Part shown: one piece after another, positions 1 through 7,837 of the stretch
Numbering within the stretch: position 1 is the stretch's first letter
How the letters are laid out: every line of letters starts with the position of its first letter
Virus record (IMG/VR): IMGVR_UViG_3300046788_000224
Coordinates: 1 to 27,491 of that record
Direction: 5' to 3' (one strand)
DNA from: a virus
Taxonomy: Duplodnaviria > Caudoviricetes
Length of the DNA: 27,491 nucleotides
Notes under the pieces: model-generated
Seen by the model: only the letters and a program-made list of their open reading frames with translations
What the model was told of the DNA's origin: nothing
The model's database searches: none
Position numbers and translations under genes: made by a program

Positions 1-151
1 AGCCGCGATAGTCGACCAGCCGCTCGGTGCCGGTGGGATTCGACACCGGCCAGATCGGATCCGCCTGCGGCTGCGCACGAAGCCGGTCGAGGAAACTACC
101 GACGTCGATCGTGCGACCGAGATCGTCCACCGGATCGAGCAGACTTGCCAT
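1..151 (-). CDS. Partial hypothetical virion-module protein (N-terminus MASLLDPVDDLGRTIDVGSFLDRLRAQ...), runs off the left edge
   Basis: ATG at 151-149 overlaps the portal TGA (TGATG coupling); frame open to the window edge; not in the ORF track. Confidence 0.7.
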   Translation of the reverse strand, partial: MASLLDPVDDLGRTIDVGSFLDRLRAQPQADPIWPVSNPTGTERLVDYRG

Positions 152-2733
152 CAGAACAGCGAGCCGCTCGGCCGCAGGGTGGGCGGCGGTGCGGCCGGTC
201 GTGCGCCGGCCAGGCCAGCGGCGGCGGCGAGCGGATTGGGCGGCGGCTGGTCGCGCGCCGCGGCGGCGAGCGCTTGGATCAGCGGCGGCGGTAAAAACGC
301 AGAGGCATTCGCCAAAGATGGCGGGGCACCAGGCGGCGGCGGGCCGCCAGGACCGATGCGTGGCGCGATTCCCGGAGGCGACGGAGGCGGACCTCCCGGG
401 AGGCCTCCAGGCGGCATTCCCGGCGGTCCCTGGGGGGTAGGCAGCCCGGGCGGGCCTCCTGGCGCCTGTGGGCCTCCTAGCGGGCCTGGCGTGGGTGTCG
501 GGTTCAGAATCGCGGCGCCGATCGCCGGATTGCGATCTAACAGCTGCCCCAGCGCCGCCAGATCGACGTCGGTGCCGTATTTGCCCCGCAAATCGCCCGC
601 CGCGAGCAGAGCTTTCACCCGCGCCTCGTCGCGCAGCCTGTCATCCTCCATGAGTTTCTGCAGCATATCGTTGCGCGCTTCGCGCTCGTTATCGACCGCG
701 GAGGCTTGCACCTTCTGCGCCTCGATGCCGGCCAGCAGCTGGTCCGGCGTCGGCGGCGGCGGTGGTGGCGGCGGCGGCACGAAATTGGTCGGCAACGAAT
801 TGAAATATCGGCCGGTGTTGAGGATACCCGCAGCGTGCATCATGTCGGTCAGCGTGTTGGCGTATTGCCCGAGCGTGCATAACGGATTCGCCGGGCCCAT
901 GGTGGTCAAAGCCTGCTCTTGCTTGGCCAGGATCGAGCCATAGACGCCGACACGCTCGGCGAGCGTGCCGCGGCCGACCCCCACCTTGGTGATGCAATTG
1001 AATCCCGACATCCAGGCGCGAGGATCGATCGGGGTCCATTTACCGCGCAGCAAAACCGTGCGGCTGCGATCTTGATGCTCGCAGCACAGTCGCAACACGC
1101 CCTCGTAGACCTGGCGCATGCATTCGGCCAACGTTCTCACGATGAACTCGAGCCGATCGGCCGATGACATAATCTGCGCTGAAACCGCGATCGCCGTGGT
1201 ACTTTGCAACGCGTCAGCGGTGAGCCCTTGGCTGGTGCGGGTGATTCCGGTGCGCGATTCGCGGATTGCCTGCAACGCCTCCATCAGCGGCAAGGCACTC
1301 GGCCCGATAAACGGTTTTGTCAGTTCGCGCACCGCGCCGGGCTGACGTTCGCGGATCACCGCGCCCATCTCGGTCGACAGCACGTCATCGATGTTGGCCT
1401 GGCCTTCGAGCACCACGGTGCGCGGATGAATACTCTCGGCCATGCTGTCGAGAATGTTGCGGAACACCCGCGTATTGGCGCGCTGCAGATCGCCGATGCG
1501 ATCGGCGACGCTCTCGCCAATCGCGCGATGCGGCACCAGGAACGGACAAAAATTCGCCCACGGGACATGCGATGCCGGCTCATGGCCGAGCATCAGGAAA
1601 CTATAATCGCCGATCGCGTGGATGCGGTGCATTTCGGCGATGCCGTCGCCGTCATAGTCAAACTTCATCCAGCATTCGAGATAGCGCACCAGCTGCATTG
1701 CCGGATCCGACGACTGCGCGCGCGGCACGATCGCCGCCAACCGGTCGCGGCGCCGGGTCACACGGTTCTGCTGCTGCTGCATCTGGGTGATGCGGGTTTT
1801 TACCAATTCCTCGGGAAACCCCAGCGCCACCAGATCGGATACCGTGACGACGCGCCAGTAGCCCAGGAACCGCGCGTCCTGCGGCCCTGTCGCATCAGGG
1901 TCGATCAATACCTGTTCGCTGGGCACCGCCATGATGCGTGGCCGGTTGCGCGGGCTGCGGCGGGTGATCGTCGCATCGTAAACCAGCAGCGGGCGCTGCG
2001 GATCCAGCTGCACCACCTGTGCCTCGGGGCTTTTCTGCACGCCGAAATTCTCGTCCGGCGTCGCCGGCCGGCGCACCACGCGCATCGCGCGCACGCCAGG
2101 CTGGCCGAGCAGCATCGCCGCCTGCGGCTCGAGCAGCCCGAAATAGTGTTCGGTTTTGATGTCGACCTGATAGTCCCACCACCAACGGATCCAGCCGGCT
2201 TTCAGCTGGCAGGCGTCGAGCACCGCATCATGCACCGCGCGATAGCCGTCGTTTTCGACAAACACGACATGCTGCACGTAGTCGGTGGCCTGCCTCGCTT
2301 CCTCGTCGTTGCCATCGGCGCGCGGCAAAAATTCCACCGGATGCTCGGAGCCGCAGAACGTCCGCACGATCGTCGGGAGAATCGCATTGATGGTGTCTTT
2401 GACCTCGGTCAGCACGATCTGCGATCGGCCCGGCTCTTCGTCGCCGAGCGCTTCGCCGTTGTAGAGCCGCATGGCGGTCTGCCGCGCCACGGTCAGCCGA
2501 TCGTCATAGATTCGCGCCTGGCGGAATTGGACGGTGAGCAGCTCCTCGATCTGCTTTTCTGACAGCGCCGGAGCGGGCGCAATGATCACCTCTTCATGCT
2601 GCGCCTGCGCACCTTGCGGCAGCGGCACATCGAGCGCCGGATCCGACATCGTGCCGAAATAGCTATCGGCGCGTTGGGGACGCGAATTGCCGACCGGTTC
2701 GGTCGGCGGATAGGCTGGCATGCGATCGCTCAT
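151..2733 (-). CDS. Phage portal protein (P22-like) with long Pro/Gly-rich C-terminal tail
   Basis: Long ORF downstream of terL; motifs typical of this portal family (GRSQIV.TEV.DT, VEFLP...D.E.A.QATDY, DL.ALGF, P.PHR..G.S.AD...DLQ); start placed at ATG 2733 (MSDRMP) rather than 2778. Confidence 0.88.
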   Translation of the reverse strand: MSDRMPAYPPTEPVGNSRPQRADSYFGTMSDPALDVPLPQGAQAQHEEVIIAPAPALSEKQIEELLTVQFRQARIYDDRLTVARQTAMRLYNGEALGDEEPGRSQIVLTEVKDTINAILPTIVRTFCGSEHPVEFLPRADGNDEEARQATDYVQHVVFVENDGYRAVHDAVLDACQLKAGWIRWWWDYQVDIKTEHYFGLLEPQAAMLLGQPGVRAMRVVRRPATPDENFGVQKSPEAQVVQLDPQRPLLVYDATITRRSPRNRPRIMAVPSEQVLIDPDATGPQDARFLGYWRVVTVSDLVALGFPEELVKTRITQMQQQQNRVTRRRDRLAAIVPRAQSSDPAMQLVRYLECWMKFDYDGDGIAEMHRIHAIGDYSFLMLGHEPASHVPWANFCPFLVPHRAIGESVADRIGDLQRANTRVFRNILDSMAESIHPRTVVLEGQANIDDVLSTEMGAVIRERQPGAVRELTKPFIGPSALPLMEALQAIRESRTGITRTSQGLTADALQSTTAIAVSAQIMSSADRLEFIVRTLAECMRQVYEGVLRLCCEHQDRSRTVLLRGKWTPIDPRAWMSGFNCITKVGVGRGTLAERVGVYGSILAKQEQALTTMGPANPLCTLGQYANTLTDMMHAAGILNTGRYFNSLPTNFVPPPPPPPPPTPDQLLAGIEAQKVQASAVDNEREARNDMLQKLMEDDRLRDEARVKALLAAGDLRGKYGTDVDLAALGQLLDRNPAIGAAILNPTPTPGPLGGPQAPGGPPGLPTPQGPPGMPPGGLPGGPPPSPPGIAPRIGPGGPPPPGAPPSLANASAFLPPPLIQALAAAARDQPPPNPLAAAAGLAGARPAAPPPTLRPSGSLF

Positions 2734-2760
2734 GACGGGACTGTGACTGCGGCGGCGGCG

Positions 2761-2788
2761 AAAAAACAATCGGCGCACGGCTGCGCCG
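2761..2788 (-). terminator. Putative intrinsic terminator just upstream of the portal gene
   Basis: Minus strand CGGCGCA-GCCG-TGCGCCG 7-bp stem followed by ATTGTTTTTT. Confidence 0.45.
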
Positions 2789-2822
2789 GGCGCAAAGCCC
2801 GGCCACCACAGGGAGGCTGCCG

Positions 2823-3230
2823 ATGCCGATTTTCAACGGAGCGGAAGGCAGCATTGCGGTGGGCGATGCCGACATGGCGCTGCACCGCCGCGCCCAGGCA
2901 GGCTATGCCGACGTCCGCGCCGGCCGCGGTTGGGCCGCCGCGTATGATCTGTGGCCGACCGCCGAGCAGCTCGCCTACGAAACCGGACGCGCCTGGGCGA
3001 GGAACATCCGCACCGCACACATCCACCTACCCGCCTGGCCGCGCAACAAGCCGCCGCCGGTCGACGTGTCGATCGCGGCGATGCGCGCCGCCCAGCGCAT
3101 CGGCAACGCACTGCCGGGCGACATCCAGCCGCCGGATGATACCGCGATCCGGCTAGAACCCGGCGGACGGTCCGTTGCCAGCAGCCTGGCGAAACAGCGT
3201 TATCACCACCGTCGCGGCCAGCTCAGGTAG
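2823..3230 (+). CDS. Hypothetical protein (135 aa), opposite to the late operon
   Basis: GGGAGG RBS 6 nt before ATG 2823; protein-like composition; fills an otherwise empty gap. Confidence 0.65.
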   Translation: MPIFNGAEGSIAVGDADMALHRRAQAGYADVRAGRGWAAAYDLWPTAEQLAYETGRAWARNIRTAHIHLPAWPRNKPPPVDVSIAAMRAAQRIGNALPGDIQPPDDTAIRLEPGGRSVASSLAKQRYHHRRGQLR

Positions 3231-3289
3231 ACGAACAGCACGGCAGCGCCGAACACCGCGCCGAGCAGGAACGCGAGAAAATACCACAT
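3203..3289 (-). CDS. 28-aa single-TM peptide MWYFLAFLLGAVFGAAVLFVYLSWPRRW
   Basis: Translated by hand: ATG 3289, TGA 3205-3203; hydrophobic helix with basic C-terminus; lies just downstream of the amidase gene. Confidence 0.5.
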   Translation of the reverse strand: MWYFLAFLLGAVFGAAVLFVYLSWPRRW

Positions 3290-3352
3290 CAGACTGCCAG
3301 CTCACGCTCGATCTCACGCATCGCCGCGTCTATCTCCACAGCGCGATCCCAG

Positions 3353-3730
3353 TCATAGCTCCGCGTAGGTCACCACGACGAAATACTGATCACCGTCGTC
3401 GGCTTTTTTGCCCGCCCCACCGCGAAACCCGATGAGCCTTTCGCCGGCCTTCTTGCCGGCCCATTGGTCGACCACACGGATTCCCTCGGCGCTCTGCGAC
3501 AGATAGAGCGCGCAGTGCGAAGCGCCCTCGGTGTCGTTTTCATACTGCCCGGTGTCGTCGGAGAACGTCGCAATCGCTGTGCCCGGCTTTATTTTATGAC
3601 CCCGCACCCGCGCACCGCGACGCCATTGGCCGGTATGCGGCGCGCCAGCCTCTTGGCGCACCAGCGCCACGCATTGCCCGTTGCCGACCGGCTGGCCGAC
3701 GCAGCGGCGCGGATCATCCGTCTTGAACAT
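3353..3730 (-). CDS. BPSL0067/Tae2-like cysteine peptidoglycan amidase/endopeptidase (NlpC/P60-CHAP fold); candidate endolysin
   Basis: Motifs GNGQCVALV (catalytic Cys), W.RG..V, GTAIATF...G.Y, HCALYL.Q (catalytic His), GIRV.DQW. Confidence 0.8.
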   Translation of the reverse strand: MFKTDDPRRCVGQPVGNGQCVALVRQEAGAPHTGQWRRGARVRGHKIKPGTAIATFSDDTGQYENDTEGASHCALYLSQSAEGIRVVDQWAGKKAGERLIGFRGGAGKKADDGDQYFVVVTYAEL

Positions 3731-3968
3731 TTTCTGCCTTCCCCTCGATCACCGGCGCACTCTCGCGGAGCAGCCAGGCGGCAACCTTCCGCGCCTCGGC
3801 GAACGACAGACAATGCTCCTGGCCGCAGGGACCGCGCAGCCAGATCAAACCGCGATAAACCCGCCCCACCATGCCGGTATCGCCGATCGCTTCGTAAGCG
3901 TTACCCGGCGGCTCCGGCCAATGCCGATCCTTCTCCGGCGCCAGGCTGTCCATGGTCAGTGTTCCCAC
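3714..3968 (-). CDS. Hypothetical protein (84 aa)
   Basis: GAGGAGG RBS before GTG 3968; overlaps neighbouring genes in operon fashion. Confidence 0.6.
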   Translation of the reverse strand: MGTLTMDSLAPEKDRHWPEPPGNAYEAIGDTGMVGRVYRGLIWLRGPCGQEHCLSFAEARKVAAWLLRESAPVIEGKAENVQDG

Positions 3969-4224
3969 GGTGTGCCTCCTCCTCGACTAGCTCGAGCTGG
4001 CGCATCTCGGTCAACCGCCGCTCGAGCAGATCACGCATCACGGCGAGCCGCGCGCACAGCGTGTCGAGCGCCTGCGCCTGCGCCGGATCACTGAGCGTCA
4101 GCTCGGTGCGCAGCGCGGTGACAACGTCGGCGAAATAGCGCGAGCCGATGCCATAGACGAACAGCAGCGCGTCGTCGGCCGCACTCGCCGCCGTGGCTGC
4201 CTGCCCTGCGTTGGCCTCACTCAT
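3901..4224 (-). CDS. Hypothetical helical/coiled-coil protein (107 aa)
   Basis: ATGA overlap with upstream gene; GGGAG RBS. Confidence 0.6.
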   Translation of the reverse strand: MSEANAGQAATAASAADDALLFVYGIGSRYFADVVTALRTELTLSDPAQAQALDTLCARLAVMRDLLERRLTEMRQLELVEEEAHRGNTDHGQPGAGEGSALAGAAG

Positions 4225-4454
4225 GCGGCTGTCTCCCTGGCCTCACGGACCGAGCCGGTGTTGATTTGCGCGATCAGGTCGCCCTGGCGCAGCTTGCGCA
4301 CGAGCGCCGAGAGGCGCAGCGCCTCGGCGGGTTTCAGCGCCTCGGCGACGCCCACCTTGCCGATAAATTTGATGTCGCTGCTGGTCAGGTCTTCGTGGCG
4401 CTTGGTGCAGAGCCTGATTGCCTGCGTCAGGGTCAGTCCGTCATAGTTTTCCAC
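4221..4454 (-). CDS. Hypothetical protein (77 aa, starts VENYDGLT)
   Basis: GTG at 4454 directly after the terL stop; C-terminal part of track ORF 4221..4613. Confidence 0.6.
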   Translation of the reverse strand: MENYDGLTLTQAIRLCTKRHEDLTSSDIKFIGKVGVAEALKPAEALRLSALVRKLRQGDLIAQINTGSVREARETAA

Positions 4455-4455
4455 G

Positions 4456-5904
4456 TCACACGATCCCCTTGATGTTGCGTTTGATTGCACCGCGCCATTG
4501 CACGTCGCGTTGCGCCATGGCGAACACTGCGGACGCGGTGAACGTGAGGCCCAGCGCATCTGCTGCGTCAGGCGAACGAATGCCCCTTGAGCGCATTTCC
4601 ATCTTTGATTCAACTCTCAAACGGCCATCGCTGGCGAACGAGTAGCGCGGGGCGCATAGATCGTCGCGCAGCATCTCGTCATACGGCAGCGCGACGGCGC
4701 GCGTGATCAGCCAGTCGGCGATGCCCTGCCACAGCTCATCGCGCATTCTGACGAACCGCCCGGCCGCGGCCGGTGTCTCGGCGACGTTCACGTCCTGCGT
4801 CGGTATTTTCAGCTCGCGCAGCCGATCGGCGACGCCTGCGCCCAGCCCGATGCTGTCGACCACGACGACGACAGGGCGCGACGACAGCGCGGTATTGTTC
4901 CATTCGTTGACGATTTCGCCGGTCAGCCGCATCAGATCAAGACCTGCCCAGCGGCGCGGTGGATCGCGCACCACATTGCCGCGGCGTTTGATCAATACGG
5001 ATTGATCGGTGCCGAACCGCGCGACATCGACTCCCCACGCCTCCGGCACTTGCCAATCGACCTCGACCGGACGGGCCATCGCCTGTTCGACCAGTTCGGC
5101 GGCAATAAGCGTGTCTGAGTCGGCCAGCGGGAATTGCCCGAGCACTCTAACGCGATAGGCGTTCGATTCCGCGCCATAGCGTTCAGCGATCTCTTTGCAG
5201 AACCCAGGATCGACGCGACGGCTGTCGGTGGAGGGCACCCGCATGACAAACCAGCGATCTCTTTCCAGCGTGTGGGTGCGCCAGAAAAATCCGTTCGATC
5301 TTGTCGGGTTTCCGCAACAAATAGTGATGGCGCCAGGCGAGGACATCGAGCCGCCGGCCGATTCAAACACCCGCTCCGGCACGCCGGAGGCCTCATCGAT
5401 CACAAGCATTACGTTGTCGGAATGTATTCCTTGCATCGCTTCGGGCGATTCGGCGCGTGATGTGCGGGCGGAAATGAACGCTTCGTCCGGGCGGGCGCGC
5501 AGTGCCAGGCGATCGGTGGTGATCTCGAGCAGCTCGAGCCAGCGCGCCGGCAGCTTCGCCGCCCAGCCGCGCAGCTCGGCCCAGAGCGCATCATACAATT
5601 GTGTAGACGTGGGCGCAGTGACGACGGCTTTGAAAGGGAATCGCGTCAGACCGAACCACAGCAACGCCCAGGCGAGGAACGTACTTTTGCCCACGCCGTG
5701 ACCCGAACGGATCGACAGCCGGCGGTGACCGCGCTGCAGCGCGCCGAGCGCGGTTTGCTGCCAGGGATCCGGCTGAGCGCCGAGCACCTCCCTGACGAAC
5801 CGCACAGGATCCCGCTGGTAGCGCGACACCAGCAGCGCAAACGGGTTCTTGAGGCCGGCGAGCTGCTCCGGCGTCGGCGCATCGGTGGCTTGCGTTCCGC
5901 TCAT
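4456..5904 (-). CDS. terL: Terminase large subunit
   Basis: PDPWQ motif, Walker A SGHGVGKS, Walker B MLVIDEAS, GNPTR..G.F coupling motif, RNase H-like GVDVARFG.D and SPD.ADAL. Confidence 0.96.
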   Translation of the reverse strand: MSGTQATDAPTPEQLAGLKNPFALLVSRYQRDPVRFVREVLGAQPDPWQQTALGALQRGHRRLSIRSGHGVGKSTFLAWALLWFGLTRFPFKAVVTAPTSTQLYDALWAELRGWAAKLPARWLELLEITTDRLALRARPDEAFISARTSRAESPEAMQGIHSDNVMLVIDEASGVPERVFESAGGSMSSPGAITICCGNPTRSNGFFWRTHTLERDRWFVMRVPSTDSRRVDPGFCKEIAERYGAESNAYRVRVLGQFPLADSDTLIAAELVEQAMARPVEVDWQVPEAWGVDVARFGTDQSVLIKRRGNVVRDPPRRWAGLDLMRLTGEIVNEWNNTALSSRPVVVVVDSIGLGAGVADRLRELKIPTQDVNVAETPAAAGRFVRMRDELWQGIADWLITRAVALPYDEMLRDDLCAPRYSFASDGRLRVESKMEMRSRGIRSPDAADALGLTFTASAVFAMAQRDVQWRGAIKRNIKGIV

Positions 5905-6122
5905 CAGGCGGCCGGATCCGGCGGACGGTCCGACGGCGCGACCAGCCGGAGGCCTCGCTGCTGCTGCGCATAGCGCTCGGTCAAGGCCTCCAGCTCGCCG
6001 ACCTGGCGGACCAGCTGCTCGCGCAGCCGCGCCGGCAGATAGCTGGTCTGGTGCATAACGAGGACCGTCTGGGCGAGCGTCACCAGCAGCCTGGTGTGCG
6101 CCATCTCAACATGGTTTGCCAT
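5904..6122 (-). CDS. Hypothetical protein (72 aa, MANHVEMAH...)
   Basis: GGAGG RBS before ATG 6122; TGATG overlap with terL start. Confidence 0.6.
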   Translation of the reverse strand: MANHVEMAHTRLLVTLAQTVLVMHQTSYLPARLREQLVRQVGELEALTERYAQQQRGLRLVAPSDRPPDPAA

Positions 6123-6474
6123 GGATACCCTCCGCATGCAGCCGGATTTCGAGGCGGCGCTGCGTCTGCCGCTGCCCGCGCACCACGATGCCCTTGACCT
6201 CGAGCACGCGCAGCAGGCGGTAGACCCGCTGGTGGCCAACCCCGAGCCGGCCAGCGATCGCGCGCAAATCGGGCTGCTGACCGCTCAGCGCTCCCATCGC
6301 GGCGATCAGCGCGGACACGAGGGCGAGCTGCGCCTCGGGACAGCCCTGCGGTCGGCGCAGCCGGCCCCAGACCGCGGCCAGGATAGCGTCGCGGTCAACC
6401 GCCTCGATCGTCTGCACCGGTTTCCTCCCCCCACCCGCCTTGGCGCGACGGATCGTTGTTCCTGTCGGTTTCAT
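6106..6474 (-). CDS. Winged-HTH DNA-binding protein (122 aa, MKPTGTT...)
   Basis: GGAG RBS before ATG 6474; PDLRAIAGRLGVGHQRVYRLLRVLEVKGIV matches the wHTH pattern. Confidence 0.65.
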   Translation of the reverse strand: MKPTGTTIRRAKAGGGRKPVQTIEAVDRDAILAAVWGRLRRPQGCPEAQLALVSALIAAMGALSGQQPDLRAIAGRLGVGHQRVYRLLRVLEVKGIVVRGQRQTQRRLEIRLHAEGIHGKPC

Positions 6475-6982
6475 GGTCTGCTCCGGCGGATGGTCCACTG
6501 CCAGCAGCTGCGTCCCACAGCGGCAGTGCCTCGTGCGGCAGCCGTTCGTCAGGCGGTGGCACGTAGTCTTCCGTGAGCGCCGGCTCGTGCAGATCGCCTT
6601 CCAGCAGCTCCCACGGACTCCCGACCAGATCACTGGTCGGCGCCGGGGTCTGCATGAGCGTCGCCTGAACCTGCGCGGTGACCGCCGCCGCCTGAACGTC
6701 CGCGGTGACCGCCAGTAGGTGGAGATGCAGGCTAGCCGGCCCGGCATCCGGCGCTGACTTGGTCAGTCCCGGGTAGCCCGTGTCCCTCAAGGCGATCGCC
6801 GCCGAGATGATCGAGGGGGCGTTTTCCTTGCACACTGGCAGCCTGACCACCTCGACCAGGCCGCGCAGCCAGTCCGCGGTATAGCGGCGGGCCAGCGCGG
6901 ACACCTCGGCGGTCGCCGGCCGTCCGCCAGGATTGCCGGAGATGCCGCGCCGAAAGCTTGTCTGGTTCGGCGGCTGGCTCAT
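6395..6982 (-). CDS. terS: Terminase small subunit candidate (DUF5681-type N-terminus)
   Basis: N-terminal F..G.SGNP.GRP motif; position upstream of terL. Confidence 0.75.
   Translation of the reverse strand: MSQPPNQTSFRRGISGNPGGRPATAEVSALARRYTADWLRGLVEVVRLPVCKENAPSIISAAIALRDTGYPGLTKSAPDAGPASLHLHLLAVTADVQAAAVTAQVQATLMQTPAPTSDLVGSPWELLEGDLHEPALTEDYVPPPDERLPHEALPLWDAAAGSGPSAGADHETDRNNDPSRQGGWGEETGADDRGG
6662..6715. repeat. Imperfect 27-bp tandem repeat inside terS (VTADVQAAA / VTAQVQA)
   Basis: cgcctgaac...cgcggtgaccgcc occurs twice at 27-bp spacing. Confidence 0.7.
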
Positions 6983-7161
6983 TTTTTCCCGCGGCTGACG
7001 TTGCGCGCCTGGCTGAGCGCGATCGCCGTGGCTTGTTTGGGATTGGTCACCACCGGCCCCTGCGGCGAGCCGGAGTGCAGTTTTCCCCCGCCGAACTCCT
7101 TGAACACCTTTTCTGCCTTAGCCTGGCCCTTTGGGCCGATTCCCGCCGTGCTTTTCGCCAT
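6979..7161 (-). CDS. DUF6496-like small basic protein (60 aa)
   Basis: K..KV..EF..GKLHSGS..GP.VTNPKQA.AIALS.AR motif; AGGAG RBS before ATG 7161. Confidence 0.8.
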   Translation of the reverse strand: MAKSTAGIGPKGQAKAEKVFKEFGGGKLHSGSPQGPVVTNPKQATAIALSQARNVSRGKK

Positions 7162-7350
7162 TTTCGCTCTCCTCTGGGTGTTTTGGCCGATTCTCCCGCC
7201 AATCGGCCGGTAAAACCGGGGGGTTATCGGGATGTGCGTCGGGAAATCGCCGCCAATCGAGCGGCAGCGGACCGTCCGCTGGTTCCTGCCCCGGCAGCAG
7301 ACGCTGATAGCTCGCCATGAACGATCGGGCGGCGGCGAGTCGCTTGGGAT

Positions 7351-7376
7351 CGTCACGGCGGCGCGTCACGGCGGCG
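7351..7376. repeat. Perfect 13-bp tandem duplication CGTCACGGCGGCG x2 overlapping the GcrA-like stop codon
   Basis: Seen directly at 7351-7363 and 7364-7376. Confidence 0.85.
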
Positions 7377-7578
7377 TTTCCCGTGCCCGCAGCTTCGCGG
7401 CACGCGCCAGGGCGGTGGCCAAGGCATCACCACGCGGAGTCCGGAGGCCGAGCCGCCAGCGCTTGCCATTCACCGCGCGAGGGGTGACGAAGAGCATCAC
7501 GGCGATCTGCGCATCGGACTTGCCGGCCGCGACGGCGAGCCGCAGATGGCTTTCCATGGCGTCTGACCAGGAAGTCAC
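7366..7578 (-). CDS. gcrA: GcrA-like HTH protein (N-terminal domain only, 70 aa)
   Basis: WS......L......GKS..QIA..L.VT..AV.GK..RLGL matches the GcrA N-terminal domain. Confidence 0.78.
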   Translation of the reverse strand: MTSWSDAMESHLRLAVAAGKSDAQIAVMLFVTPRAVNGKRWRLGLRTPRGDALATALARAAKLRARETPP

Positions 7579-7588
7579 AGCGGGGGCC

Positions 7589-7837
7589 TCATCGCGGCAC
7601 CGAGCGCGGCGGCAGACCGCCGATCAGGTTGCCGCGGACGCACCAGATGGGGGCCTGCTTGGCCTCCCCGGTGCCGGTGCTGTGCCAGTTGCCGGCGCGC
7701 AGCGGCACAATCCAGTGCTTCACCTCGGTGTGGCCGCGCTGATGCCAGTAGGCAGACAGCTCATAGGCCAGGATTTCTGCCCCTTCGCGCGAAATCAGAT
7801 CGCGCGACCGGTAGAGCCGGTCCCGCTCCTGCGCCAT
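7589..7837 (-). CDS. Hypothetical protein (82 aa, MAQERDRLY...)
   Basis: GGGAGG RBS before ATG 7837; C-terminal part of track ORF 7589..8419. Confidence 0.7.
   Translation of the reverse strand: MAQERDRLYRSRDLISREGAEILAYELSAYWHQRGHTEVKHWIVPLRAGNWHSTGTGEAKQAPIWCVRGNLIGGLPPRSVPR

Noticed and set aside
1204-2562. 452-aa plus-strand ORF and similar long antisense ORFs (e.g. 9778-10359, 14886-15698, 26073-26960)
   Set aside because: Shadow frames opposite well-supported genes, expected in GC-rich DNA
3289-3356. Tiny minus-strand ORFs between the amidase and the TM peptide (MTGIALWR; MREIERELAV)
   Set aside because: Too short, with no consistent start/RBS pairing to support a call
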